Positions 27,994-42,110 of a stretch of DNA of 64,000 bases are shown piece by piece; positions within the stretch are counted from its first letter, which is position 1; each line of letters opens with the position of its first letter. A program made the translations under genes and the position numbers. Source of the DNA: the human T2T-CHM13v2.0 reference genome, Homo sapiens; the NCBI RefSeq assembly GCF_009914755.1, contig NC_060932.1. One strand, written 5' to 3'. The notes beneath the pieces were generated by a model. The model saw nothing but the letters and a program-made list of their open reading frames with translations, was not told the DNA's origin and searched no databases.

Positions 27994-29832
27994 GGACTCT
28001 CCAAGTTCCTTTTATGTCCAGAATCAGGAGGAGCAGGGTCTCCTGAGAGAATGACAGAATGACTGGTCATCAGAGCTGTGTGGTGCTCTTCAGAGTGCTC
28101 CAGTTCTCCCTCGGGCCCGGCTAGTTCAGCTTCCATGGGGACAGCTTTCTAATCAACCTTATATTCCCATCAATTCTTTTACTAAATCACAGTGGCTTAA
28201 GTATCCTATTATTTTAATTCCTTTGCCTCTGAAAAATATGACTAATTAACTGAATGAGTAACTCATTTAATAAAATTTAGGCATTAAATAATTTCCTTGG
28301 TTCACCATTTTTATATTACTTACTATGTGACAGTCACTGCACTGGCCTACAAGGATGCAAACATGCACAGAAAAAAGCCCTCAACCTCAAGGAGCTCAAA
28401 ATATAATACAAAGACAAATACATAAACAATCAATTAGAAGAACGTGTGAAGGGTACAGTAAGAGAAGTGTTTTCAGGATACAATGGGCTTGGCATAAACG
28501 TTAGGAAGCAGAGAAAAGATAAAACTACTGATTATTGACCACCTGTGTAATTTTCATACCACCTTTAACAACAGCGATTATTGAATCCATTTCAGAGTTA
28601 AGGACACCGAGAATTAGGGGGCTGGTGACATTTTTAAATTCAGTTGTCTAGCCAACAGCAAGGCTAAGAAAAGCCCCCGTGTCAGTCAAAATTCACTGCT
28701 TCAAGATCACTTAGTGCCTGCTTGGCAGAAAGAAGCTCAGAACCTTACATCTGAACTCAGCTAAACCTCATGTGTTTCCTCTGCAGTGACTTCTGCATCT
28801 GCCACCAGGTAATTCCTGAAAAGTCCATTAACATCCATAGGAAGGGGCATTACATTTTTTTCAAGCACTCTATTATGAGTATTGATATTATATCATATTT
28901 ATGCCTTCTCTTGCCAAGCGTATTAAATTTGGCACATTTACTGTACATTTTTATTCCTTCTCTAGATCTGATTGAAACAGAGGGGTTTTCTATAATTAGT
29001 TTATGTATTAGAATTTATGTACCATTCTGGAACTACCCACAGACCTATCGGTGTTACAGGTAGAGTATAAATGCTAGCCGTTATCATGATAAAACTCCAA
29101 GAAACACTTAAGCAACGTAAAGTTATAATTTGAAGAGTTTATAGAAGAATCAAAGATAATTCAAATCATGAAGGATTACACTATTAGCAGCCTCTGGGAT
29201 GGTCTCAGTAACACATAATGCTTTGTATATTTCTGTCCTAGCTGTCCTTCTACATAACTCTATTTCAACAGGCAAAAGCAATTAAAGTTAGTATTTTGGA
29301 ACTTAGTTAATCTTTGCCATTCGTCCCTCTTGTCTTCACACTACATCCAATATGTCATTAGCACACACCACTCAATGCCCTGGCCTTGAGCAAGCCTCAG
29401 CAGAGCTGAAGAGAGAGAAAGAATTTCTAGGAGGGAGGGCCACCTACCAACAGAGTGTGAAGGACTTTGCACCAAGACGCAAGGATCCAAGAGACTGCCT
29501 GTGCTTTCTGGCATTTGAAGGTGTGTATAGTAGCAACTTAGCCACAAACACAAGTGTGCATTCTCTAATAAGAGCCATGATCATCAAAGAAGTAGAAAGC
29601 TGGCCCTTGGTTAAAGGAGGGGGCTTTATGAGATGCTAAAACAGACTGCTTTCAGCTCTTTATAAATGCTGAAAGCCTCGGCAGGGCCAGATGGAAAGAA
29701 ATTACTCTTGTGGCTATATCAGGGCTTTTTCTCATGTTTATGGAATAATATGTTGCACATGCAAACAGAAATAGGCTTCTACAGCAGGAACCCTGTAACG
29801 CTGACATGGGTGTTGGAGGCGAGAACTATTTT

Positions 29833-30125
29833 TTTTGTTGTTGTTGTTGTTTTTTGAGACGGAGTCTCGCTCTGTCGCCCAGGCTGGAGTGCAGTGGCGC
29901 AATCTCGGGTCACTGCAAGCTCCGCCTCCCGGGTTCACGCCATTCTCCTACCTCAGCCTCTCCGAGTAGCTGGGACTACAGGCGCCCTCCACCACGCCCG
30001 GCTAATTTTTTGTATTTTTAGTAGAGACGGGGTTTCACCATGCTCTCCATCTCCTGACCTCGTGATCCACCCGCCTTGGCCTCCCAAAGTGCTGGGATTA
30101 CAAGCATGAGCCACCGCGCCCGGCC
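29833..30125 (-). mobile_element. AluYd-lineage element (Yd3-like)
   Basis: 12-bp left-arm deletion (minus strand GAGATGGAGAGCATGGTGAAACC), plus GCTTGTAATCC, CTCGGAGAGGCTG and GAGATTGCGCC states recalled for Yd3-type consensus; (AAC)n tail. Confidence 0.85.
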
Positions 30126-30433
<308 letters not shown>

Positions 30434-30917
30434 GGAGGCGAGAACTATTTTACTTGGTTTAACTTACCTGAGCGCCAGAATCTTGACTGTAATAGGTATG
30501 TTCTAACAAGCCAAACTAGCTACATATTTAATTCCTAGAGAGAGTGATCTTGTTTTCACATTATTCTCAAGTGATGTCAAGTATACAAATCTTAAATGTG
30601 CAGCTTGGTTCATTTTTCCATATGTATACTGCCACCTTCTTAAAAATACATATTTTCTTAAGCCGCAATGTGTCTCTAGCTCCTCTTTCTGGAGGGATTC
30701 TTTACTGTATGATTGCATAAAGTTGATCTTTTTTGGTTAATAATCTCACATTCAAAAATGGTATCTAGAAAGAATAATAAAAAGTAAATATAATCCTGAT
30801 CTTTTAAAAATTTTGTTTGTTTTAAGTCACTCTACAGATCCTTGTTACCAGGAAACCTCTTAGCCACTCAATTAGGGTTACAAAGGGAAGCATAGTCTGA
30901 ATTCTCGTCTGTCGGCC

Positions 30918-31203
30918 TTTCTTTTTTTTTTTTTTATTATACTTTAAGTTCTAGGGTACATGTGCACAACGTGCAGGTTTGTTACATATGTATACATGCG
31001 CCATGTTGGTGTGCTGCACCCATTAACTCGTCATTTACATTAGGTATATCTCCTAATGCTTTGCCTCCCCATCCGGCCACCCCATGACAGGCCCCAGTGT
31101 ATGATGTTCCCCTTCATGTGTCCAAGTATTCTCATTGATCAATTCCCACATATGAGTGAGAACATGTGGTGTTTGGTTTTTAGTCCTTGGGATAATTTGC
31201 TGA
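30918..31203 (-). mobile_element. 5'-truncated L1PA (L1PA4-6-like) 3' UTR
   Basis: T run then attatactttaagttctagggtacatgtgcacaacgtgcagg ... gataatttgctga; no clear TSD. Confidence 0.92.
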
Positions 31204-32249
31204 CCTCTGTACCAGTGAGTCAGTTTCTTGAATCAAGGTCTCTCCCAGTGAGTTTTTATGCATTGGCTCAAGATGAATTTCTTAAGTTCCAAGCCTTTTT
31301 TCAGTTGATTTGAATGAAAGGAGTTAGTTTCTTTAATATAACCCCCAAAATACTGGAAATGGCCATGGAGTGTTGTATCCCTCTCCCCCATAACGTGAAT
31401 AAGCAGTGTCTTTTTTGTGTTCCCTATGACAGTAACATTCTGTCTGTAGGATCAACATAATCAATGCCTCCTGAGGTGATGAGTGGTATTTTATCCTCTT
31501 TTGGCAGGTAGCACTCTTCCTGCATGGACCCTCCATCTTCAGAGTGCTACAAGATTCCATGTGTGATCACATTAAATCCACTCCACCCATCCCACAGCAA
31601 TAACTTCTAATGATAAGCTGGTTATTTGATGTCAAATACCTTGTGAACTCATGAGGCAAAGACGACTGTAACTCATTTAACTGGAGTTTTGTATTTCACA
31701 GGTAACTCACCATACATTAATTCACACAATTTTCCTGTGAATAAAGTATTCTCGGTAGCTTCATTTAATACATGAGCTGTAGGAGACTTCAGAAAGTTAA
31801 GGAATTCTGCCAACACAAGACAGAGCTAGGTCTGAAGTATTCTAATTCCAAACCCTATTCACATTTCATACATAAATATGCTACTCTATCTCCGTCCAGG
31901 ATAAATTTTGGAGATGTTGAATCTAGCTGGATGAAATCAGTCTTCTATCTTTATTTCTGTTGGTTGTTGGTAGATATGTTGTGCTGTTGTTTGTTTTCAT
32001 TTACCTGAGGTTAGAAAGCATGGAACAAAGTTTTCAGCTAAACCAGTAAGTTTCAGAGGTTTAAGGAGAAGCAACAATACATGCAAAAACTCCATGTGAC
32101 ACTGGTCTTTCTGCCCTTGTATTGAAAGTGTCTTACTGAATCACAAAGCTGACATATTAGTCTCTTACTTAGTGCTGCTGTTATCCTCTCGTCTTTAACA
32201 GACAAAATTAAAAACTCATAACTAAGCTGAAAGGAGCTTCATGCTCTAA

Positions 32250-32774
<525 letters not shown>

Positions 32775-33460
32775 TGAGAAATTCTCCCTTCTGATTGGTT
32801 GTTTTTGGCTTGTCTAATCATTCCTAGCACATACTAGGCTCTAAGTAAATTTTTGATAAATAAAAGAAAATTGGCAGGTATAGAATGACATGAGAAAGAG
32901 AAGTGCAGATAATAAGTCTGGATGTTTTTTAAAATTATTTTTAGAAAGAAGGAATGCTAAGATTGAGAACTTAGCCGATGTAAAAAAGCTTTTTATAGTT
33001 TTCATTCTGCTTTTTCAGCTATTTTCTCCCTCTGAGGACCACCCTCTGAACTCCAATAAATCAATACAGTGTCTCATTTCCTCACTATTCAACAAAAGAT
33101 ATGCTATGCATTCCTGTACTTGGCACTGATCTAGAGGTTGGGGATACAGCAGTGAACAAGACAGATGAAACGCACCCCATCATGGAGCTTAGACATGGGG
33201 AAAAGGAGAGACAATGACCAAGTGCATAGTTTCAGATAGGGGTAAATGTTATGAAATAAAGCAGTGAGGGCAAGAAAATATGACTGATATGGAGTCACTT
33301 GGGTCACTTTTAACAAGGAGATTAAAGAAGGCCCTTCTGAGGAGGGGCCAACTGCTCAAAGACTTGAATCATGTAAGAGCATGAGCTATGCAAATATTTG
33401 GAAGAAAGCATTCCAGGAATAGGGAACAGCAAAAGGAAAAGCTGTGAGAGAAGAATGAGG

Positions 33461-33574
33461 TGTATGGGTGCATCAGAGTGCTATGAGAAACAGAGCAATA
33501 TTATAAATAGGTTTTATGTATAATAATATATATAAAACCTATGTATAATAGTGTTCTATTTACATATTGCACGT

Positions 33575-33618
<44 letters not shown>

Positions 33619-33700
33619 CAATGGTGCAAGCCAATTCCTTGAAAGAAATCAATTGCTCTATCATTCACATTTAATACACACACACATGTGTATATATATA

Positions 33701-33748
<48 letters not shown>

Positions 33749-34933
33749 TATATGAAGAGATCATAACCACTATGGGAAAGACTAGTGAAGGGTGAGTATG
33801 CAGGGACACACACACACATATATGTGTGTGTGTATGAAATGTGAATAGATAGAGATTGATTTCTTGTAAGGAATTGGCTTACACCATTGTACATATATAT
33901 ATATATAGAGAGAGAGAGAGAGCACAATATGTAAATAGAATATTTTACATAGGTTATGTATATATATAATTATACATAAAACCTATGTATAATATTGCTC
34001 TGTTTCTCATAGCACTCTGATTACTAGTTTATATATATAGAGAGAGAGAGACACAGAGAGAGAGAGAGAGAGATTGATTTCTTGCAAGGAATTGGCTTGC
34101 ACCATTGTACATATGTATATATATATAGAGAGAGAGTGCAATATGTAAATAGAATAATATTTTACATAGGTTTTATGTATATATAATTACACATAAAACC
34201 TATGTATAATTTTGCTCTGTTTCTCATAGCACTCTGATTATTAGTTTATATATATGTGTATATATATTTGTGTGTGTATATATATGTGTATACATGTGTG
34301 TATATATGTGTATATATGTGTGTATATATGTGTATATATGTGTGTGTATATATAGTGTATATATACATATGTGTGTATATATAGTGTATATATACATATG
34401 TGTGTATATATAGTGTATATATACATATGTGTGTATATATAGTGTATATATACATATGTGTGTATATATATAGTGTATATATACGTGTGTGTGTATATAT
34501 ATAGTGTATATATACGTGTGTGTGTATATATAGTGTATATATACATGTGTGTGTATATATATATGTGTGTGTATATATATATATAGAGAGAGAGAGAGAG
34601 ATTGATTTATTCCAAGGAATTGGCTTGCATTAGGGCTGGGTAGGTGAGTCTGGAATCTGTAAGAAAGACCATCAGGAAACTCTTTGGTGGGAGCTGACTG
34701 CAGTTTACAAGTAGAATTTCCTCTTCTTACAGAAACCTCAGCTCTGCCCTTAAAGTGTTTCATCTGATTGAATGAGGCCCACACAGATTATCAAGGCTAA
34801 TACCCCTTACTTAAACCCAACTGATTGTAGATGTTAATCACATCTACAAAATACCTTCACAACAACACCTGAAATGTTGTTTGAGTAAATGTGTGAAAAC
34901 TATAGCCTGGCCAAGTTGTCATACAGAATCACA
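33461..34933 (-). mobile_element. MLT2 (ERVL) LTR with expanded and rearranged internal microsatellite
   Basis: Start tgtatggg..cagagtgctatgagaaacagagcaata; native continuation gattgatttattccaaggaattggct at about 34600; gaatgaggcccacacagattatcaagg; atctacaaaataccttcac; end gccaagttgtcatacagaatcaca. Confidence 0.85.
34245..34600. repeat. (TA/TG) compound microsatellite with a 29-31-bp higher-order unit
   Basis: tagtgtata recurs at 34353, 34382, 34411, 34440, 34471, 34502 and 34531. Confidence 0.92.
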
Positions 34934-35138
34934 ATGGGATGATGTATACCAGGAAGAACAGTAAAAGGACCTGTAATGTCGGTGAAGCAAGCCAGGAAGA
35001 ATCATGAGATGAGATAGAAAAGGTGTATAGGGGCAAGATTATGCACTGCCTTGAAGGCTATGGTAGGGAGTTCATATATTGGGAAAATGTTGGATTTCAA
35101 GTAAGAGGTTTCACAGTCTATTAAATGTTAAATTTTTA

Positions 35139-35503
<365 letters not shown>

Positions 35504-36299
35504 TTAGAAGACTATTGCTTTGGTCTATGGTACAAATGTGGATGGTTTGGATTAGGGTGGTAGAGATGGAGGTAGGAGTATATTATTTCCAGGATATAAT
35601 TTGAAGGTGGAGACAACAAGATTTACTGATAGATTTGGTGTGCTAAGTAAAGTGGAAAAATAAAGAAGCAAGGATGAAATCCAGATTTTTGGGCCCAAGT
35701 AATTAGAATGAAGAGATCATAACCAATACAGGAAAGACTAGTGAAGGATGAGTATGCAGGGACATCAGAGGCTGAGTTTTTGATATATTAATTTGAGATG
35801 CCTTTTAAGCACCCAGCTAGTGATGTTAAGTTGGTAGTTTGGTATATGAATATGAAGTTTAGGAAGGGTGTTGGTTGGAAGTGAATTTAGGATTATCGGC
35901 AAATTCTAAGCCATGAGACTCTCAAAGAATAGAAGGAGAACCTAGCAAAGGAGGCTGCTAAGGAACAAAGAAGGAGAGAGAAGAGTCAGGAGAGTATGCG
36001 TCCAGGAAGCTAAGTGGAGAAATGGTCCATGAAGGAATAACAAACTGTACAAACACCAAGACATTAATAGATTTCTAAACTAGCTGACAACTGTTATGAC
36101 TCAGACTAAAACAGCTCAAAAGTGTGATAGGCCATGAAAAAACTGGGGTAGGCTGAAGACCTTTAGTGGGTATATCCTTCACACCAAAACATCCCTTTCA
36201 TCACTATGTCCATTGCCTATTACTTTTCCCTAGCTTGTCTCCTCCCTGCCTAAAACCTCTATTCTTCTTTAAACACTATAAAAATAATAAATAAAATTC

Positions 36300-36564
36300 A
36301 GTTGGGTGCCGTGGCTCATGCCTGTAATCCCAGCACTTTGAGAGGCCACTGGAGGATTGCTTAAGCCTAGGAGTTTGAGATTAGTTTGGGTAACATAGAG
36401 AGACCCCCATCTCTACAAAAAATTTTAAAAATTAGCCAGGTGTGGTGGTGTGTACCTGTAGTCCTAGGTATGATTGAGGTGGGAGGATCACTTGAGCCCA
36501 GGAAATCAAGGCTGCAGTGAGCTATGATTGTACCATTGCACTTCAGCCTGATATATAGATAGAT

Positions 36565-36610
<46 letters not shown>
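36300..36610 (+). mobile_element. AluJ-like element ending in (GATA)n/(GA)n
   Basis: gggtgccgtggctcatgcctgtaatcc ... gggaggatcacttgagcccagga ... cagcctg, then a GA repeat. Confidence 0.9.
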
Positions 36611-36613
<3 letters not shown>

Positions 36614-38674
36614 ACAAGCGGAAAATCCCTTTAAGCCCTATAAGGAAATCAGGCATCTACTCAATTTGTTATTAACTCTACCTCTATCTATGATTTTTAT
36701 GTATGGAAGAGAAAGCTGGGGAAGCCTGAAATCTGGGCAGATTGAGAATGGACCCATTGATGGTGGTAAGCAAGAAGAATAGAAATGCATGTTGTTATGG
36801 GGTGGATAGTGTGAGACACAAGGCAAACTACATAGAAAAGGTGTGTTAAATGTATGTAAGCAGCACGCAAACATAAATCAATGTTGTAATTCTACTACAG
36901 TGAGCTCTGCAGCAGATTCTCACCTCCTTGACACAGGGCTACCTAATGATCATATTTACAATGTCTTATATAGTACTTGGCACACTCTATGCTCTCAATG
37001 TTTTTCAAATAAATTAGTAAAGGCTTTGGCATGGTAAGAAGCACACCATTTGAGAGCTGCAAGCCCTCTTACAGATGATCTGGTACAACTCCTTTCTTTT
37101 ATAGTTACAGAAAATTGGTCTTAGAGAAATGACATAATTTGTGCAATGTCATCTAGTAATATTGAAAGAAGACAAACTTTATAAAATTTGACTACAGAAA
37201 TGGCTTAGTTATTCAACAACAAGTATTTGTGGAAATTAATTATGACATCTGACACCTGAAAAAATGCCTCTTAAAATTTTGAATTGATTAAAAACAATAA
37301 ACCAGATTGTATAACCTGACTTTCAGATCCAAGACTGAGGCAGTTTGAATTGAAAGAGGCCCACAGGAAATAGTTTTCTGATAAAAAATAAAGATGGGGA
37401 AGGGGATTGATTTCTTAAAACTTTAGATAATTAGAAATGAGAATATGATAGAAAAGCCAAAGAGATAGAGGGAAAGAAAAGGTGTTTTTTTTTTTTTTTT
37501 TTTCAGCGGTAGTGATTCAAGACAGTGTGAGCTAAGGCCTTTGTCAAAAGTTCCAAAACATTTTTTCCATGTATATGTATATACCTATTATATCTGTCCC
37601 TGAGATATGAGCTATGTGTTGTTATTCAGACTATTAAACTTTTAAACTTCAGGGTCTTCCTCTGGAAAGCTGGAAAAAAATAATGGTATCCACTGGTGAG
37701 GACTGAATGTGATAATCTAGGCGAAGTACTTTATTTCTGCAGAACTCACTCTAGGTAACATTGTAAACAGCAATAAGCAAAAAGTAGCTGGCTGCAGTGG
37801 GAAGAATATGGGCATAGACCCTGGCATCCTACAACCTGGGTTCCCATGCTATCTCTGCTTCTCCAAATAACTGTACATGTGTCATGTTCGGTCTTTGAAG
37901 TTCAGTTTTTCATATGAAATATGGGTATGGTAATAACTAAATCCCAGGTTTTCTGCAGGAATTGATAAAATATATGTAAAAGAAACTAGCATTTAGTTAT
38001 TCTTTATGTCTGTTGTCTCCTCTGTCACCCCATTTGTGTCCCTCCCTGATCCTCCTAGCCCCCTTTGTCCTGGCAGATCACCCATGCCTTATTCCCAAAT
38101 GGCCTGCCCCTTAAGAGATCATTCAAAAGCTCCTCAAATATATGGTCTAAAAACACTCTAATATGTTATTTCTCCCCTCAGGTTCGCATTTTAATGGCAA
38201 TCCTTGAAAACCTAAAAGCCTTAGAAACTAGAAGAAATCAATGTTTAATGATGGAACTTGAAACATTATGACAAAGGAGAAGGAGCTGAAAGGAATTTTT
38301 AGACATCACTGAGTGCAACCAATTCATCTTCTGCATGAGCAAACATAGAAGGAGAGAGAGAAATGACAGGTGTCACACTACAGCCCCAGGTCAGTAACTC
38401 AGGCAGAGATTCAGGTTATCAGACTCATAACAGGATGCTCTGCCTAACATGCCATTTGTTTTGAGGGAAGACTCAGCAGTAGCTACCTTACTATCAGCAG
38501 CCAAGATTTGCTGTCCTTTCTACCCAATGCTCATATCCAATAGCAGCTGAATCAGCTCCTGAGCCCAGCATTCTGCTGACCCTCTCATCCTAGAGAGCAG
38601 TATACTAAATTGATATTTAGCACCTAAAAATAGCAAGGACACTGGCAATGCCTTACTAGGAGAATACTCACTAA

Positions 38675-39077
<403 letters not shown>

Positions 39078-39264
39078 TAAAAGCAAATATTTTTGAAAAG
39101 GAAAAAAGAGACATGACAAGTGTCTACTATGTTTTTTCCCCATCCCAAGTTAGCTCAGAGGTTGGAAAAGACTGTCTTCACTCTAATTATAGGCCTTATG
39201 TTAACTTAGAAATTTGGACTTTAGTTTCTAATGGTGAGAGAGAAAATAAAAGATGCCAGGAACC

Positions 39265-39520
39265 TGCTGGGTTCTGTGGCATGTGTTTGTAATCTCAGAT
39301 ATTTGGGAGGTTCAGGTAGGAGGGTGGAAGGCTGAGGTGGTAGGATGGCTTGAGGTCAAGAGTTACCAGTCTGGGCAACATAGTGACCTCCTCTGTACAA
39401 AGTAGAAAACATTAGCTGGGCTGTAATCCAGCTACTCAGAAGGTTGAGCCCAGGAGTTCGAGGCTGCAGTGAGGTATCATTGCTCCACTGCACTTTAGCC
39501 AGAGTGACAGAGCAAGATAA
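39265..39520 (+). mobile_element. Degenerate AluJ-like element
   Basis: ggatggcttgaggtcaagagtt..cagtctgggcaacatagtga; ttgagcccaggagttcgaggctgcagtgag. Confidence 0.8.
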
Positions 39521-41357
39521 AAATTTTAAAAATGCCAAGAACCTAGAAATCACCTGTATTTTGGAGGGCTTATTTAGAAAACTATGGAATGTATATGGCA
39601 CATATAACCTACAAAATGATATAATTTTGCCTGAGTTAAACCTCTTCTTTCAAGTCATATAGCTGCCCTTCAGCCCTGACCCTCAATTTGTCATCTCTCA
39701 GACCTTGATTTTTGTAAAGCTTTAGGTATTTGGCAATATCGGTTTGGTCCTCCTTTAAACAACTAAGAAAGCCATTCTGGGTAACCAATTCTTTTGTAAA
39801 GGACCAATTCCAAACAAAGGAAGGGGGAGAGGCAAAAACATGAGGTAAGATAATGAATTATTTTAAATAATTTTAAGGCTAAGAATGGGAGATGGGACAT
39901 AGGAGGGTATCATAGAAACAGTAAAAGGAAAGTGGGAAGATCATATTTCAAAGACATAAAAAAGTGTAAAGATGATGAGAGAAACTGTAATAAAATTGTC
40001 GAAGGAAGATCAGAGACAAGGCAAGCTAAGCGAGTTAAATAAAAAATAGAATTTGCATAAGAAGGGATTTAAAAGACTTGAAAAAATACAAAGTAAAAGA
40101 TCTAATAAAGATTATTGGAAAACAAATGAACATGGCAACAAGGTTCTGCAAAGAATAATGAATGCATTACAGATTATAAAAGTACTGTGAGAAAAACATC
40201 AGAGAGAAACTGCATGGTGAATTAAAAAAAAAATCAGAGGAATCAAGAAGATGAAGACAAAAAGGATAAAAGTGTTGAGGAAGTGACAGATATTAAGACA
40301 ATACACAGACGGCATGAGAGCACTACTCAGCATAGAAGAGCAAAAGTGGGTGATGGGTGTAAGGAAAATGTAAACTGCAAATAGGCTGAGTTTTTATTTT
40401 GTTTTTAAATCTACTGCAAAAGCATTTGATATTGCTTGAATGAGCATCAACAGGATGATAAAAGTATTCTTAAACTGTGATTAAGAGTTATTTATACATA
40501 AAAGCATCTTTTGCAATATTAGAAAAGTTATGTCAGGGACCCTTATATCACCATAAATATCCAACGAGATGATTCTGCCTGCATTCACAATTTAGCTACG
40601 TTATCAACCTCCCTGAAGAGGATCAAAAGAAAATGGTTGTGAACTTTTTCTTTACACATATGACATGAGTTTTAGGATATTTGAAAGAACAGGACTGAGT
40701 TCTAAGTATATTGCTATCAAAAATATGGTAGCACGTTCTCTTCTACACCACCCTTCCTCCAACTCCAAGACCCAAGCAAAATTATAAAGTCTGAAGAATT
40801 GCCTGCTCCACAATGCTCAGACATCCCTGTCTCATGTACCATGAGCGTTGACACCTATTTATCCAGGGTCTTTCTCTGGTACCCTTTACTTTGAACAATG
40901 CCCACATCAGTGCAGCATATCAGACGTCAAAATTGTAGGCCATTGCTTCCAGACAGAACATGAATTCTCTCTTCAATTAACAGTGGGTGGAGAACTCTCT
41001 CGATTCCACCATCTGATGGCCTTCTCATTATATTTTAAGAATCTTCTAAGTTTATAGTATTATGGAATTCTAGATTGGAAAGAGACTGGGAATATCAAAT
41101 AATCCACACTATTATTTCACAGATGTGGAGAGATCAAGGCCAACAGTGGTGAAGTGACTTTCTTAATCCAGAAGGTGACACTCATTTATCAGAACCTCTC
41201 CTGGGTGCCCTATGAGAAAAAATATATTTTATTTAGATAGATTATACAAAAAAAACTCTTAAAACTGTCATAGGAGAGTAAAGGAATTGACATAAAAATT
41301 AAGCAGATATAGACTATTTGGCTTATGGAAAATCAAACATATTTCATTGCACTAAGC

Positions 41358-42110
41358 AAGTAGCTCCCAAACTTTCTTGATCTTCAGTGCTCACAATGTC
41401 TTAATAATTTTTTATAGCATACTTGGGCAAAAATAAAGACCTAACAGTTCAGTTTATTAAAGTAAATCCAAACACCTTAGCAAGTATTTATGTCTTAACA
41501 ACTTATTAGCACTCTGAAGATATAATACACATAAAATAAAAATATATTCTTATTTCATTCTTATCCCTAAAACTGTAGTCACCTCTTATCCACAGTTACA
41601 CTTTCTGCAGTTTCAGTTAACGCCCTCAGCTGTGATCTGAAAACATTACAGTATTTTGAGAGAAAGAGGAGAAAACATTCATATAATTTGCATTACAGTA
41701 TGTTGTTATAATTGTTCTAACTTATCATTAGTTACTGTTTCTAATCTCTTACTGTGCCTAACTTACAAATCAAACTTTATTAGAGATATGTATGTGTAGG
41801 AAAAAACACAGTATGTTTATGGTTTCATACTGTCCGCGGTTTCAGGCATCCATCGGGGGTCTTGAAATGTATTTCCTGTGGATAAGGGGGCACTAGTCTA
41901 TTTGGGGTTGGCATGTGAGCACTGTTAGGCACTGCACGACTTCTCAAACCTTAGAGTCAAATTGCATACAGCCATCTTCACTTCCTGTTCCACCCCAATT
42001 TTCATCCCATATTTGCTTTTTATCAAACCTGCTACAAACTAAACTTCACAAATAAAGGAAGGTGCCATGACATGGTATGGAGTACCTCTGCACAGTGTTT
42101 GGGAAATACA
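41358..42110. mobile_element. Probable hAT/Charlie-type non-autonomous DNA element hosting MER44
   Basis: Ends caagtagctcccaaact and gtttgggaaatacag resemble degenerate hAT terminal inverted repeats; family not identified. Confidence 0.4.
41573..41898 (+). mobile_element. MER44A-like (TcMar-Tigger) DNA transposon
   Basis: TIRs ctgtagtcacctcttatccac and gtggataagggggcactagtc; internal gcggtttcaggcatccatcgggggtcttg. Confidence 0.88.

Noticed and set aside
34224-34784. Longest ORF in the track (186 aa, YIHT-rich)
   Set aside because: Translation of the TA/TG microsatellite plus MLT2 LTR sequence.
39830-40380. Purine-rich, A-rich stretch resembling decayed coding sequence
   Set aside because: No ORF of 60 aa or more and no recognisable family; may be an ancient LINE but cannot be supported.
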